From the NCBI GenBank assembly GCA_964461965.1, contig CAYWWD010000010.1, positions 18 to 64,017 of the forward strand: 64,000 nucleotides of DNA, given 5' to 3'. A program made the position numbers and the translations under genes. This DNA is from an uncultured Halioglobus sp. (GTDB taxonomy: Bacteria > Pseudomonadota > Gammaproteobacteria > Pseudomonadales > Halieaceae). Below are positions 38,712 through 48,857 of the stretch, piece after piece. Within the stretch, counting starts at the first letter, position 1. Each line of letters starts with the position of its first letter. Below the pieces are notes generated by a model. The model made no database searches and was not told the origin of the DNA. It saw nothing but the letters and a program-made list of their open reading frames with translations.

Positions 38712-40348
38712 CTAAAACGTATAGCCGACGTACAACCGCACCGTGCGCGGCTCCAGCACATGGTAGTGGATGTCCTCCACGCCCTCGTCCGGTTCACCGG
38801 GCAGGCGCGACGCATAGAAGTAGTCGATGTCATGGTCGTTGCTGTCCAGCACGTTCAGCACGTCGACTTTCGCCTCCCAGCGGCGCGCGGCGTAACCGGC
38901 GCGCAGGTTCACCACCGTGGAGTCGTCCGACTTGACGCTGTTGTCCTCGAGCAGCGGCCGCTCGCCGAAATAGCGCAGGCGCACGCTGCCGAACCAGCCG
39001 CCTTCCAGTTCCGCGCTGAGGCCCATCTGCACGACTTGGTCGATCGCGCCGGAGCTGTGGTCGCCTTCGGGGGCGTAGTCGGTGAACTTGGAATCGGTGT
39101 ATGCGTATTCGAGGTCCACGGTCCACCGGTCGGTCAGACGGTAGTAGCTCGTCACTTCCACGCGCTCACGCTTTGATCCGCGGCTGGCCTCCGTGTTGCC
39201 CGCATCGCCGACGAACAGCAGTTCGCTGTCGAGTTCCAGACTCCACAGCGCGATGGAGGAATTGAGGCGCGCATTCCAGAAGCCGCGCAGGCCGGCCTCG
39301 TAGCCGAATGAGTCCACCAGCGGGTCCACCGGATCGATTGCGCCGCCCTCGATCGGATCGACGGCGGCGGTGCTGCCGCGCGCATCGTTGGAATGCAGGC
39401 CCTGGCCGGCCGAGCGATACGCCTCCCACTCGGGGTTGAAGGTGTAGATCAGGCTGCCCTTGAGCATGAACTTGTCGGCATCGGCCTGCCCGCTGTTGGC
39501 ATCGAGGTCGACGCCGTTGACGTTGCGATCGATGCGGCTGTGCACGTCGAAATCGAAATACTCGTAGCGCGCGCCCGGCCGTCTGGTACAGGCCCACCTC
39601 GTCGATGGCATCGTAGCGGATGGCGTAGGCCATCAGGCTGACACTGGCATCGCCGTCGCCGAGTGACTGCCCGTACTTCAACAGCGCGTTGAGCTTCTGC
39701 ACATCTTCCTTGATATCGCTCCACGGACCGTCGTAGCTGTTCAGTTCCAGCGCGTACGTCGCCGTCCCCTGCGCGAACGCATGACTGCCGAGTCCCAGCG
39801 CACGGTAGTACGCGTCCTCGCCGGCGCCCAGCTCGATCTCGCGTTGTTCGAAGCGCGATGCCGTGCTCAGGTGCGCGCTGCCGGCACTGCTGAAGTCGCC
39901 CACATCGGCGTAATAGGGCCCCTTCTTGTAGGCCAGCGTATCGACCGTCTCGGGGATGATGAAATTCAGGTCAGTGTAGCCCTGGCCGTGGGTGCGCATA
40001 TTCACCGGCATGCCGTCGATATAGGTGGCAAAATCGGTGCCGTGGTCCAGATTGAAGCCGCGCAGGAAGTACTGGTTCGCCTTGCCGGTGCCGCTGTGCT
40101 GGGTCACCACCATGCCAGGCACCAGCTCCATCACATCGCCGGTGCGCAGCAGCGGGCGCAGCGCGATCTCCTGCTGGCTGATAAGGCCCTGTGAGGCGGA
40201 GGGGGCATGGCGTAGATCTCCTCGGGATGACAGTCCGGGTTTTCGTCCGCAGCGACGGGCCGCGCGGCTTGACTCATGCAGACCTTGCGTCTTGCGTTAT
40301 GGCGGCGCTGGCGGCGCTGGCGGCGAGTATACGTGTCGGGAATTTCAC
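38712..40348 (-). pseudogene. TonB-dependent receptor pseudogene (frameshifts and internal deletions)
   Basis: GTG 40348 gives the signal-like MKFPTRILAASAASAAI, then a stop/frameshift. Plug fragment SASQGLISQQEIALRPLLRTGDVMELVPGMVVTQHSGTGKANQYFLRGFNLDHGTDF is in a second frame; barrel C-terminus (..HVLEPRTVRLYVGYTF) is in another frame after about 39580. About 1.6 kb, shorter than the 2.2 and 2.6 kb intact TBDRs in this window. Confidence 0.85.
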
Positions 40349-40360
40349 ATTCAAAGAAAT

Positions 40361-41419
40361 TCAATTTCCGGATCGATGACACTCAGGAGCCGGTTCACGC
40401 GCACGCCGCCAACCCAATGGTTGACCCCACTCACCGCGCCACGCGCCGGGCGCCAGGCCCGTCCACTGCCGGAACGCACGCCGGAACGCCGGTGTATCGC
40501 TGAAGCCCAGCTGCGCCGCGATCTCGTTGATCGCCAACTCCTCCCGGCCCAGCAGTTCCTCGGCGCTGCGCAACAGGCACTGCTCGCGTAACTCCCGGAA
40601 GGTCGTGCCTGCCTCGGCGAGCCGACGGCGAAACGTGGACAGTGAAATACCGAGGCTGCGCGCCAGCGCTGCCTGGCTCGGCACGCCGTCGCCCTGGCGC
40701 ACCCAGGCGTGCAGCAGCGCCAGCACCTGTTCCGGCAGTGTGCTGGCGCGGAGCTCGAACACCCCGCAGGGGAACACCTCGAACAGCGCGGCGAGCTCAT
40801 GGCTGCCGCGCACCACCGGCAATTGCAGCACACTGGCATTGAATGTCAGCACATAGCTGTCGCCGCCGGCCAGCACCGGCGCGCGAAACAGCCGGAGGAA
40901 GGCCAGCACGTCCTCGCGTTCGATCGGGCCGATGCCGACCTGCAGCAGCGGGAAGTCCACACCCACCAGCCACTGGAACAATTGGTGGAACGCGATCAGA
41001 CCGGTGATGTCCACCAGGTTGGCAGCTGTACTCGTGGCGCCGCGCAGCGAGTCGAGCGTGAAGACAGCAGTGTCCCCGCGTACGGTCAGTGCGGGCTGGC
41101 CGGCGCGTGGGTGCAGCATCGCGCTGTACGTCACGCACAGCTCGATGGCCTGCGCCAGTGTCGCGCCCGTCACCGCGCAGCGACACATCAGCTCCACCTC
41201 GGTGCGCGACATCGGCGCGCGAGCATCAGCGGCAGCGACCTGCGCTTCCAGCCGCTGCACTACCTCCAGGTAGTAACGCGTGAACTGCCGGGGTGTGCGC
41301 GTGCGCGGTCGCGGGAAGACGATTCCCGCCGCGTCCAACTCCTGCTGCAGCAGCGCGACCAGCGGTTCGAAAGTCGACTGCGGGTGCGCGCCAACGCCCG
41401 AACGGTTCCGCCTGCCCAT
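40361..41419 (-). CDS. AraC family transcriptional regulator
   Basis: C-terminal HTH LGISLSTFRRRL..IAAQLGFSDTPAFRRAFRQWTG; GGAGG RBS before ATG 41419; divergent from the monooxygenase. Confidence 0.9.
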   Translation of the reverse strand: MGRRNRSGVGAHPQSTFEPLVALLQQELDAAGIVFPRPRTRTPRQFTRYYLEVVQRLEAQVAAADARAPMSRTEVELMCRCAVTGATLAQAIELCVTYSAMLHPRAGQPALTVRGDTAVFTLDSLRGATSTAANLVDITGLIAFHQLFQWLVGVDFPLLQVGIGPIEREDVLAFLRLFRAPVLAGGDSYVLTFNASVLQLPVVRGSHELAALFEVFPCGVFELRASTLPEQVLALLHAWVRQGDGVPSQAALARSLGISLSTFRRRLAEAGTTFRELREQCLLRSAEELLGREELAINEIAAQLGFSDTPAFRRAFRQWTGLAPGAWRGEWGQPLGWRRAREPAPECHRSGN

Positions 41420-41565
41420 AGCACCTCCACCTGTTCTCGCTGTGCCTGCCACAGCGTAGCCCATTGTGGATATAAATGTAGTTATCACTGAACACTATTA
41501 ACCTGTGCGCTGCGACTGCGCCCGCTTATGCTGCTCGCCATCGACACTCCGGACGAGGCAGCGAC

Positions 41566-43038
41566 ATGGCACAGCAACAGGGCAAGCGGGTGGTGGTGAT
41601 CGGTGCGGGCATGGCGGGCATCCTGGCGGGCATCAAGCTGCAGGAAGCGGGGTTTACCGACGTGGCGATCTACGAGAAAGCCGACCGCATCGGCGGCACC
41701 TGGCGCGAGAACACCTATCCCGGCCTCACCTGCGACGTGCCCTCGCACCACTACACCTATACCTTCGAGCGCAATCCCGACTGGACGCGGCACCTGCCGC
41801 CGGGGCATGAAATCCAGTCCTATTTCGAGCGCACCACAACCAAGTACGGCGTGGATAAACTGCTGCATTTCAACCAGGAGGCCACCGGAGCTACGTTCAT
41901 CGACGGGCGCTGGCAGCTCGACTTCAAGGATGGTCACCGCGATGTAGCCGACATCCTGATCGCGGCGACCGGCGTGCTGCACAAGCCCCGGATGCCGAGC
42001 ATCGACGGCATGGCATCCTTCGGCGGCGTATCGTTCCACAGCGCGCGCTGGGACCACAGCGTGCCGCTGGACGGCAAGCGGATCGCGATCATCGGCACCG
42101 GCTCCACCGGGGTGCAGATCATCTCCGCCCTGGCAGGTCGCGCCGCCCTGGTGGAACACTACGTCCGCACCCCGCAGTGGATCATGCCAGTGGAGAACGG
42201 GTACTTCTCCGCGGAAGAACGCGCCGCCTTCCGCGACCCGGCTGTGCTCGCAAAGGCGATGAACTTCGCGGAGTACAACGCCGCCGTCGAGCAATACACC
42301 ATGGCCATCATCGACACGGAATCGGACGGCGCCAAAGCGATGGCTGCCGCCTGTGTCGCCAACCTCGAGCAATCGGTGGTCGACCCCGCGCTGCGTGAGC
42401 GGCTGCGCCCCGACCACCAGCCCCTGTGCAAGCGGCTGATCTTCTCGCCGGATTACTACCAGGCCATCCAGCACCCCGGCGCGGCCCTGGTGACCGAGGA
42501 CATCGCGCGCATCGAACCGACCGGCATCCGCACCCACGACGGACAGTTGCATGAGGTGGACATCATCGTCTACGCGACGGGCTTCCACGCTGACACCTTC
42601 ATGCGGCCGATGCGCTTCACCGGGCGCAACGGCGCCGACCTGGAGTCGCTGTGGGCACAGGGCCCCAAGGCCTATCTGGCCATCACGCTGCCGGAGTTTC
42701 CCAATTTTTTCATGCTCAACGGCCCCAACGGTCCGGTCGGCAATTTCTCCCTGATCGACATCGCCGAGCACCAGTGGCACTACATCGCCCAGCTGATCGA
42801 GCGCCTGCGGCGCGGCGAATACGACGAAATATCCCCGCGCCTCGAAGCGCTGCGCGACTTCGAAGCCGAGCGCGCGGAAGCCGCCCGCCACACGGTCTGG
42901 TACACCGGCGGCTGCAGCAGCTGGTACCTCGGAAAGGACGGCGTCCCGAGCAGCTGGCCCTGGACGTATTCACGCTTCGTCGAGGAGATGTCCGCACCGA
43001 AGTGGGATGACTTCGACTGCGTGAAACGCGTCGCCTGA
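41566..43038 (+). CDS. Flavin-containing monooxygenase (Baeyer-Villiger type)
   Basis: GAGMAG, GGTWRENTYPGLTCDVPS, fingerprint FGGVSFHSARWD, GTGSTG. Confidence 0.9.
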   Translation: MAQQQGKRVVVIGAGMAGILAGIKLQEAGFTDVAIYEKADRIGGTWRENTYPGLTCDVPSHHYTYTFERNPDWTRHLPPGHEIQSYFERTTTKYGVDKLLHFNQEATGATFIDGRWQLDFKDGHRDVADILIAATGVLHKPRMPSIDGMASFGGVSFHSARWDHSVPLDGKRIAIIGTGSTGVQIISALAGRAALVEHYVRTPQWIMPVENGYFSAEERAAFRDPAVLAKAMNFAEYNAAVEQYTMAIIDTESDGAKAMAAACVANLEQSVVDPALRERLRPDHQPLCKRLIFSPDYYQAIQHPGAALVTEDIARIEPTGIRTHDGQLHEVDIIVYATGFHADTFMRPMRFTGRNGADLESLWAQGPKAYLAITLPEFPNFFMLNGPNGPVGNFSLIDIAEHQWHYIAQLIERLRRGEYDEISPRLEALRDFEAERAEAARHTVWYTGGCSSWYLGKDGVPSSWPWTYSRFVEEMSAPKWDDFDCVKRVA

Positions 43039-43063
43039 CCGGGCGCGACAGGCACGCTCCCCC

Positions 43064-43085
43064 GCGCGCAAATTTTTTTGCGCGC
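43064..43085. terminator. Palindromic hairpin GCGCGCAAA-TTTT-TTTGCGCGC (possible terminator or binding site)
   Basis: Perfect 9-bp stem 25 nt after the monooxygenase stop, in an AT-richer spacer upstream of the SET genes. Confidence 0.35.
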
Positions 43086-43177
43086 CCCCCTTTTATAAAG
43101 CCGAAAACAATGCATACTCTGCGCGAGCACGTATAAGAAAAGGGCGATCAGCCAAACATTCACAGGGGAGTGAACGG

Positions 43178-43816
43178 GTGATACATCCAGGTACCGAGTT
43201 ACGCTTCATCTCAGCGGAAGTGGGATACGGCGTATTCGCCACGGAAGCAATTCCCCGCGGCACTTTTCTCTGGGTCCTGGACAGTTTCGACAGGATTCTC
43301 TCGCCACGCGAAGTCGGCGCATTACAGCCCGCGCTGCGCAGCATTGTGGACCGCTATTCCTACCAGGCTGCCGATGGCAACTTCGTTTTCTGCTGGGATT
43401 TCGGCCGCTACATGAACCACAGTTGCGAGCCCACCAGCCGCGGCGTCGGCGATGCATTCGAGATTGCGGTGCGCGACGTCCAGCCCGGTGAGCAGCTCAC
43501 CTGCGAGTACGGCACGCTGAACCTGCTCACGCCGATGACATGCTACTGCGGGGCGCCAAGCTGCCGCGGCACGATTCACCGCGACGATACCGTGCGCCAC
43601 TTCGAGCGCTGGGACGCCGAGAGTCGCAGCGCCTTTGCCCTGGCACACACCGTTGCGCAGCCACTGCTGCCCTACGCCAAGCTGGGACCGCGCGACCTGC
43701 CACTCATCGAAGCCATGCAGGCGGGGAGAGCCGCCTGGGTGCCCTCGTCACGTGATTTCCACATTGTCGAAGTACCAGAAGAGGTGCAATACGCCGCGGT
43801 GAACAGCGCTCAATGA
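43178..43816 (+). CDS. SET-domain protein-lysine methyltransferase-like protein 1
   Basis: GYGVFATEAIPRG, RYMNHSCEP, GEQLTCEYG, post-SET CYCGAPSCRG; GTG start with GGGGAG RBS. Confidence 0.9.
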   Translation: MIHPGTELRFISAEVGYGVFATEAIPRGTFLWVLDSFDRILSPREVGALQPALRSIVDRYSYQAADGNFVFCWDFGRYMNHSCEPTSRGVGDAFEIAVRDVQPGEQLTCEYGTLNLLTPMTCYCGAPSCRGTIHRDDTVRHFERWDAESRSAFALAHTVAQPLLPYAKLGPRDLPLIEAMQAGRAAWVPSSRDFHIVEVPEEVQYAAVNSAQ

Positions 43817-44418
43817 TTCACCCACATACCCGTCTCGTAACCATAGACGAGATTGTCGGCAGCGGAGTCATCGCGACCCGCCGCATCCCTCGCGGCACGA
43901 TTACCTGGGTGCTGGACGATCTCGACCGCCACTTCACCGGCTCCGAAATGAACGCGATGCCGCCCTGTTACGACAAGCTGATCGATCGCTGGACGTTTCA
44001 CGACGGGCGCGGCCGGCGCGTGCTGTGCTGGGACCACGGGCGCTACCTGAACCACTCCTGCGAGCCCAACTGCGGCGGCAGCGAATTCTGGTTCGAGGTC
44101 GCCCTGCGCGATATCGAGCCCGGCGAGCAGCTCACCAACGATTATGCCACGCTCTACATGCGCCCCAGCGAGGGTTTCGATTGCCGCTGCGGCGCGCCGA
44201 GCTGCCGCGGGGCCGCATCCCACGAGTTGCTGCCGCAAGCCGTCTCGCGTGTGAATGAACAATTGCGCCAGGCACTTGATAACCTGGCGCTGGTACCACA
44301 GCCGCTCTCCGCGCTGCTGCGCGCCGACTGGCTTGAACATGCGCGGGCCTCACTGGCCCCGGCCCCTCGGCGCCGCAGTCGCCGCCGTCGGGCCGCACCG
44401 CTGCCCGTGGCCGACTAA
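43813..44418 (+). CDS. SET-domain protein-lysine methyltransferase-like protein 2
   Basis: GSGVIATRRIPRG, RYLNHSCEPN, GEQLTNDYA, post-SET CRCGAPSCRG; ATGA overlap with SET 1. Confidence 0.9.
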   Translation: MIHPHTRLVTIDEIVGSGVIATRRIPRGTITWVLDDLDRHFTGSEMNAMPPCYDKLIDRWTFHDGRGRRVLCWDHGRYLNHSCEPNCGGSEFWFEVALRDIEPGEQLTNDYATLYMRPSEGFDCRCGAPSCRGAASHELLPQAVSRVNEQLRQALDNLALVPQPLSALLRADWLEHARASLAPAPRRRSRRRRAAPLPVAD

Positions 44419-46115
44419 CGCGCGTCCGCCAGCGCGAGCGCCTCGCGCACCTCGCGCTTGACGAACTTGCCATTGGCATTGCGCGGCAGCGGCGTATTCA
44501 CCAACCAGATGTAACGCGGAACTTTGTAGGGAGACAACTTTTCCTTCAGGCTCTCGCGCAATCGATTGATGTCGATTGACCGGCCCGGCTGGGCCAGGAT
44601 AGCAGCGCCGACTTCCTCGCCCAGGCGCTCGTCCTCCACGCCGAACACCACGCACTCTGCCACTGACGCCTGCGCATAGATCGCGCTCTCCACCTCCGCG
44701 CAGTACACATTCTCACCGCCGCGCAACACCATCTCCTTGGCACGGTCCACCAGGTAGATAAACTCATCGTCATCCATATACGCGATGTCGCCGGTGTGCA
44801 ACCACCCGTCGGTAATCGCCTCCAGGGTGGCCTCAGGCCGGTTGAGGTAGCCCTTGATCACACAGGCACCGCGCACCCAGAGCTCGCCGGGCGTCCCGTT
44901 GGGGACGGTGTTGCCCTGCCCGTCCACGCACTTGGCCTCATAGGTCGGCATAGCGCGACCCACACTGTTCGGGCGGTCGACCAGGTAGTGATCCGAGAGC
45001 GCGGCAATGATGCCACAGGTCTCGGTCATGCCGTAACCGGCATTGGGTGCAGCATTTTTTGTGGCGGTGAACATTTTGTGCGTGAGGTCGGGCTGCACCG
45101 GGGCGCCGCCGCCGCCGAGGCTTTTCAGGCTTGAGGTATCGTACTTGCCAAAATCGGGGTGTATGAGCATCTCACGCGACATCATCGGCACGGCGCTGAA
45201 TGCCGTCACGCGCTCGGCCTCGATGATGCGCAACGCCTCGCCGGCATCCCATTTGTACATGTGGATCAGTTTGCCGCCCACCGCAGCGATTCCCTGTGCC
45301 ACGCAGTTGTTGCCGGTGACATGGAACAGGGGTGTGGCGACCAGTGCGACATTGACTTCATCCGGCGCCATCGCGCTGCGCGGTTTCATGCCCGCGCGGT
45401 CCAATGCGGTACCCTGCGCGGCGCGGCCGAAGCCGATGTTCATCAGGTTGGCCACGCAGCCGCGGTGGGTCAGTTGCGCACCCTTGGGCTTGCCGGTGGT
45501 ACCGGACGTGTAGAACACACAGGCGTCGTCATCCGAATCGATGGTCACCGCCGGCATGGCCGGTGCGGTGTTGATAACCTCGACCCAGTCGATCACCCCC
45601 GGCGGCGCCTCGTCCCGCAGCCGTACCACCGTTACCACCAGGTGCGGGAAATCGTTGCGAATCTCCTGGAGGCGCAGCAGGCGCTCGCGATCGCAGATCA
45701 GCACTTTCGGAGCGGAGTCCTGCAGCGCGAACTGCATCTCGTGCGGCACCCACCACGCGTTCATGCCCACCACAACGGCGCCCATCGACACCACCGCCCA
45801 GTACGCCAGCATCCACTCGGGATAATTGCGCATCGCGATCGCCACGCGGTCGCCGGGTTGCACGCCCTGCTGTACAAGCCAGTTGGCGATGGACGCGGTG
45901 AACTGGTGGGCTTGCGCATAGGTGCAGCGTTCATCCTGGAAGATCAGGTACTCGCGGTCCTGATAGCCGGCGGTACCCATCCAGATATCGCGCAGCGAGG
46001 CGGGGGCATGCTTGTAATGGCGCATCGGCGAGCCGCGCACCTGAAGCGTTTCGATTTCGAAGATCTGGCCGGGCGCGATCATCTCGTCCCAGGTCCGCTT
46101 CAGCTCGCTGTACAT
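44415..46115 (-). CDS. Acyl-CoA synthetase (class I adenylate-forming, long-chain fatty acid--CoA ligase-like)
   Basis: FYTSGTTGKPKG, GYGMTET, WLHTGD, DRAKEMVLRGGENVY. Confidence 0.92.
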   Translation of the reverse strand: MYSELKRTWDEMIAPGQIFEIETLQVRGSPMRHYKHAPASLRDIWMGTAGYQDREYLIFQDERCTYAQAHQFTASIANWLVQQGVQPGDRVAIAMRNYPEWMLAYWAVVSMGAVVVGMNAWWVPHEMQFALQDSAPKVLICDRERLLRLQEIRNDFPHLVVTVVRLRDEAPPGVIDWVEVINTAPAMPAVTIDSDDDACVFYTSGTTGKPKGAQLTHRGCVANLMNIGFGRAAQGTALDRAGMKPRSAMAPDEVNVALVATPLFHVTGNNCVAQGIAAVGGKLIHMYKWDAGEALRIIEAERVTAFSAVPMMSREMLIHPDFGKYDTSSLKSLGGGGAPVQPDLTHKMFTATKNAAPNAGYGMTETCGIIAALSDHYLVDRPNSVGRAMPTYEAKCVDGQGNTVPNGTPGELWVRGACVIKGYLNRPEATLEAITDGWLHTGDIAYMDDDEFIYLVDRAKEMVLRGGENVYCAEVESAIYAQASVAECVVFGVEDERLGEEVGAAILAQPGRSIDINRLRESLKEKLSPYKVPRYIWLVNTPLPRNANGKFVKREVREALALADAR

Positions 46116-46214
46116 ACAACTACTCCTCGGTGATTGCTATTATCGTCTGCGCAGGATAGCGGCTGCGCCGAACTCCCTCAACACACCCACAAACCAACGC
46201 AAGGTTGATGCGCC

Positions 46215-47705
46215 ATGAAAGACACCGTTTCGCCCCTCCCGCCCATCGACGCGCGCGACATATCCGCCTGGGATACCGAGGCCGACGTCGTGATAGTCGG
46301 CGGTGGCGGCGCCGGCCTTTCCGCCGCCATCGAGGCCGCCGATGCCGGCGTCCGCGCAGTGGTACTGGAAGCGGCCAGCGCACCCGGCGGCTCCACGGCC
46401 ATGGCCGGCGGCCTCATTTACATGGGTGGCGGCACGCCCACACAGCGCGCCTGCGGCTTCGAGGATGATCTCGAGGAGATGTACCGCTACCTGATGCTGG
46501 CCTCGGGACCGGACGCGGATGCGGCGAAAGTGCGACTGTACTGCGACCGCACACTGGAGCACTACGACTGGCTGACGCGCCAGGGCGTGGTCTTCAAGCC
46601 CGAATACTACCCGCTCAAGCACACCAACACGCCCAACGAGGCGGCCCTGATGCTCACGGGCAATGAGGAAGCCTGGCCGTTTATCGAACAGGCGAAGCCG
46701 GCACCACGCGGGCACAAACCGCAGATCAAGGGTGATCACGGCGGTATCCCCCTGATGCAGAATTTGCTGCGCAGGGCGACCGAGAAAGGTGTGCAGGTCA
46801 TTCCGGAGGCGCGCGCCCTCGGCGTCGTCATGCAGGACGGGGAGGCAATGGGCGTCGCCGCGCGGATAAACCTGCGCGAACACCACCTGCGCGCGCGCGG
46901 CGGCGTGATCCTCGCCGCCGGCGGCTTTATCATGAATCGTGCAATGGTGGCCGCGTACGCCCCGCGCCTGGCGCGAGGGAATTACCCCAACGGCAATCCG
47001 AACGACACCGGCGACGGGATTCGCATGGGTATCGGGGCCGGTGGCGTGGCTATCAACATGCACGAGGGTTTCATCTGCACCCCGTTCTACCCGCCGCACG
47101 AATTCCTTGAAGCCATCATCGTCGACGCCAGCGGGCAGCGTTTCATCAATGAAGACGTCTACCACGGCCGGCTGGGCAGCGCGCTGCTGGACCGGCCCGA
47201 CGACCGTTTCTACCTGATCATCGACAGTCGTCATTTCAACGTGCTCACCCGGCCTCCGCTGGGCGGTTACCCGGTGGCGTCAACGGCAGACAGCGCACAC
47301 GAGTTGGCGGAGGAACTGGGCCTGCCGCCGGAGAGCCTGGCCGCCACACTGCAAAACTATAATCGTCACGCTGCAGACGGTCAGGATCCGCAGTGCCACA
47401 AACAGCCGAAGTTTCTCACCCCGCTCGATCGCCCCCCATACGCCGCCTTCGACCTTACACCGGGCAATGGCGCAATATTTGCCACTATGACATTTGGCGG
47501 GCTGGACACCCTGCCGACCGGGGAAGTCCTCCGACAGGACCGCTCAGTCATTCCCGGGCTGTTCGCCGCCGGGCGAACCAGTGCGGGCCTGCCGCGTTGT
47601 GCAGCGGGGTATGCCAGCGGTATGAGTATCGGCGATGCGACATTCTTCGGCCGGCTCGCCGGCCTGGGCGCGGCGCAACGCGCCAGCCGAGTCGTGCCAA
47701 CCTGA
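46215..47705 (+). CDS. FAD-binding dehydrogenase (FAD_binding_2; 3-ketosteroid dehydrogenase-like)
   Basis: DVVIVGGGGAG, GGSTAMAGGLIY, GVILAAGGF, TFGGLDT, IPGLFAAGR. Confidence 0.8.
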   Translation: MKDTVSPLPPIDARDISAWDTEADVVIVGGGGAGLSAAIEAADAGVRAVVLEAASAPGGSTAMAGGLIYMGGGTPTQRACGFEDDLEEMYRYLMLASGPDADAAKVRLYCDRTLEHYDWLTRQGVVFKPEYYPLKHTNTPNEAALMLTGNEEAWPFIEQAKPAPRGHKPQIKGDHGGIPLMQNLLRRATEKGVQVIPEARALGVVMQDGEAMGVAARINLREHHLRARGGVILAAGGFIMNRAMVAAYAPRLARGNYPNGNPNDTGDGIRMGIGAGGVAINMHEGFICTPFYPPHEFLEAIIVDASGQRFINEDVYHGRLGSALLDRPDDRFYLIIDSRHFNVLTRPPLGGYPVASTADSAHELAEELGLPPESLAATLQNYNRHAADGQDPQCHKQPKFLTPLDRPPYAAFDLTPGNGAIFATMTFGGLDTLPTGEVLRQDRSVIPGLFAAGRTSAGLPRCAAGYASGMSIGDATFFGRLAGLGAAQRASRVVPT

Positions 47706-47797
47706 CTCGCTCGACGCAGAGCTCCCAACGACACGGAATTTTTGGCTTATACTGGGAGAGCGTCGACCGTCCTCTCGTCATCCGCAGGTGTACCGCC

Positions 47798-48820
47798 ATG
47801 GCCAATCGACCGCGAAGTAAAAGCACGCTCGCATGCGCCGCTGGATGCGCATCGGCAGTTCTGGCAACCACCCTGTTGCTCTCTCCACCTGCTTCCGCCT
47901 GTTACGTCTACGGCAAGGGCTGGGGCAGCAAATGGGACAACCCGGTCTGGCCGAACGGTGCCACTATTACATGGAGTTATATGACACCCGGTGTCGGTTT
48001 GGGCCCGTCCGCGCCGCCGGCCTGGAGCGGCACCAACTCGCTGGGCTCGGGCGCCGCCAATGATATCCGGGTCAAGATCGACGCTGTGCACGGCGCCGGC
48101 GCCTTCAACGCCGCGGTGCAGCGCGCCTTCAACAAATGGGCTGCGGCCGCCAACATCACCTTCGTGAATGTCGCGGACCAGGGTGGTGATTTCGGCACGG
48201 TGACGGCTCCGGATATCCGTATCGGCGCGTTCAGTTTCGGTGCGGGAGACTACTCGGGCGCTGCCGGCTTCGGCCCACCGGGTGACGACATCAACTTCCC
48301 CGACGCACTCTCGGGGGATATCGCCTTCAACAGCCTGAATAATTTCAATATCGACCCCGGCGTGGAAGGCGCGCCGCTGCAGACAGGTCCGGGCGGACTG
48401 TACCTGAATGACATCGAGGGCCTGCTGATCCATGAGATCGGGCACACCCTGGGCATAGGCCATTCGGAGAGCGCAAGCGCGATACTCTGTGGGTACCAGT
48501 CACCGCTCTTCAACGGCTCGGTGTGCGACTACACGCATGTGCATCGCATTCTGGCGGTGGACGATCTGACTGCAATCAAGAATATCTATGGCCCCGCACC
48601 GCCACCGGACGGCGATGTGTCGTTCGATTGCCGGGTGGACTCAGCGGATGTGCTGCTCGCCAACCGGATTGTGCTCTACACACTGCAGCCAAATGCGGCG
48701 CAGACCACGCGGGCGGATGTTGCCCCGCTGGTGGGTGGTGTACCCGTCCCGAACGGCCAGGTAACCACCGCCGACGTGCTCGCCATCCTGCAGAAGAGCC
48801 TGAAGCAGATCAGCTTCTAG
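47798..48820 (+). CDS. Secreted matrixin (M10-like) zinc metalloprotease with C-terminal dockerin-like domain
   Basis: Signal peptide ending ASA; HEIGHTLGIGH (HExxHxxGxxH); C-terminal GDVSFDCRVDSADVLL..RADVAPLVGGVPVPNGQVTTADVLAILQK duplicated EF-hand-like repeat. Confidence 0.8.
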   Translation: MANRPRSKSTLACAAGCASAVLATTLLLSPPASACYVYGKGWGSKWDNPVWPNGATITWSYMTPGVGLGPSAPPAWSGTNSLGSGAANDIRVKIDAVHGAGAFNAAVQRAFNKWAAAANITFVNVADQGGDFGTVTAPDIRIGAFSFGAGDYSGAAGFGPPGDDINFPDALSGDIAFNSLNNFNIDPGVEGAPLQTGPGGLYLNDIEGLLIHEIGHTLGIGHSESASAILCGYQSPLFNGSVCDYTHVHRILAVDDLTAIKNIYGPAPPPDGDVSFDCRVDSADVLLANRIVLYTLQPNAAQTTRADVAPLVGGVPVPNGQVTTADVLAILQKSLKQISF

Positions 48821-48857
48821 GATTTGTCCGCGAGCTTCCCGGGCGCGATGCCCTTGA

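Noticed and set aside
40300-40325. TGGCGGCGC x3 tandem as a phase-variation locus
   Set aside because: The unit is 9 bp (in-frame) and simply encodes Ala-Ser-Ala repeats in the signal peptide of the pseudogene; it cannot explain the frameshifts.
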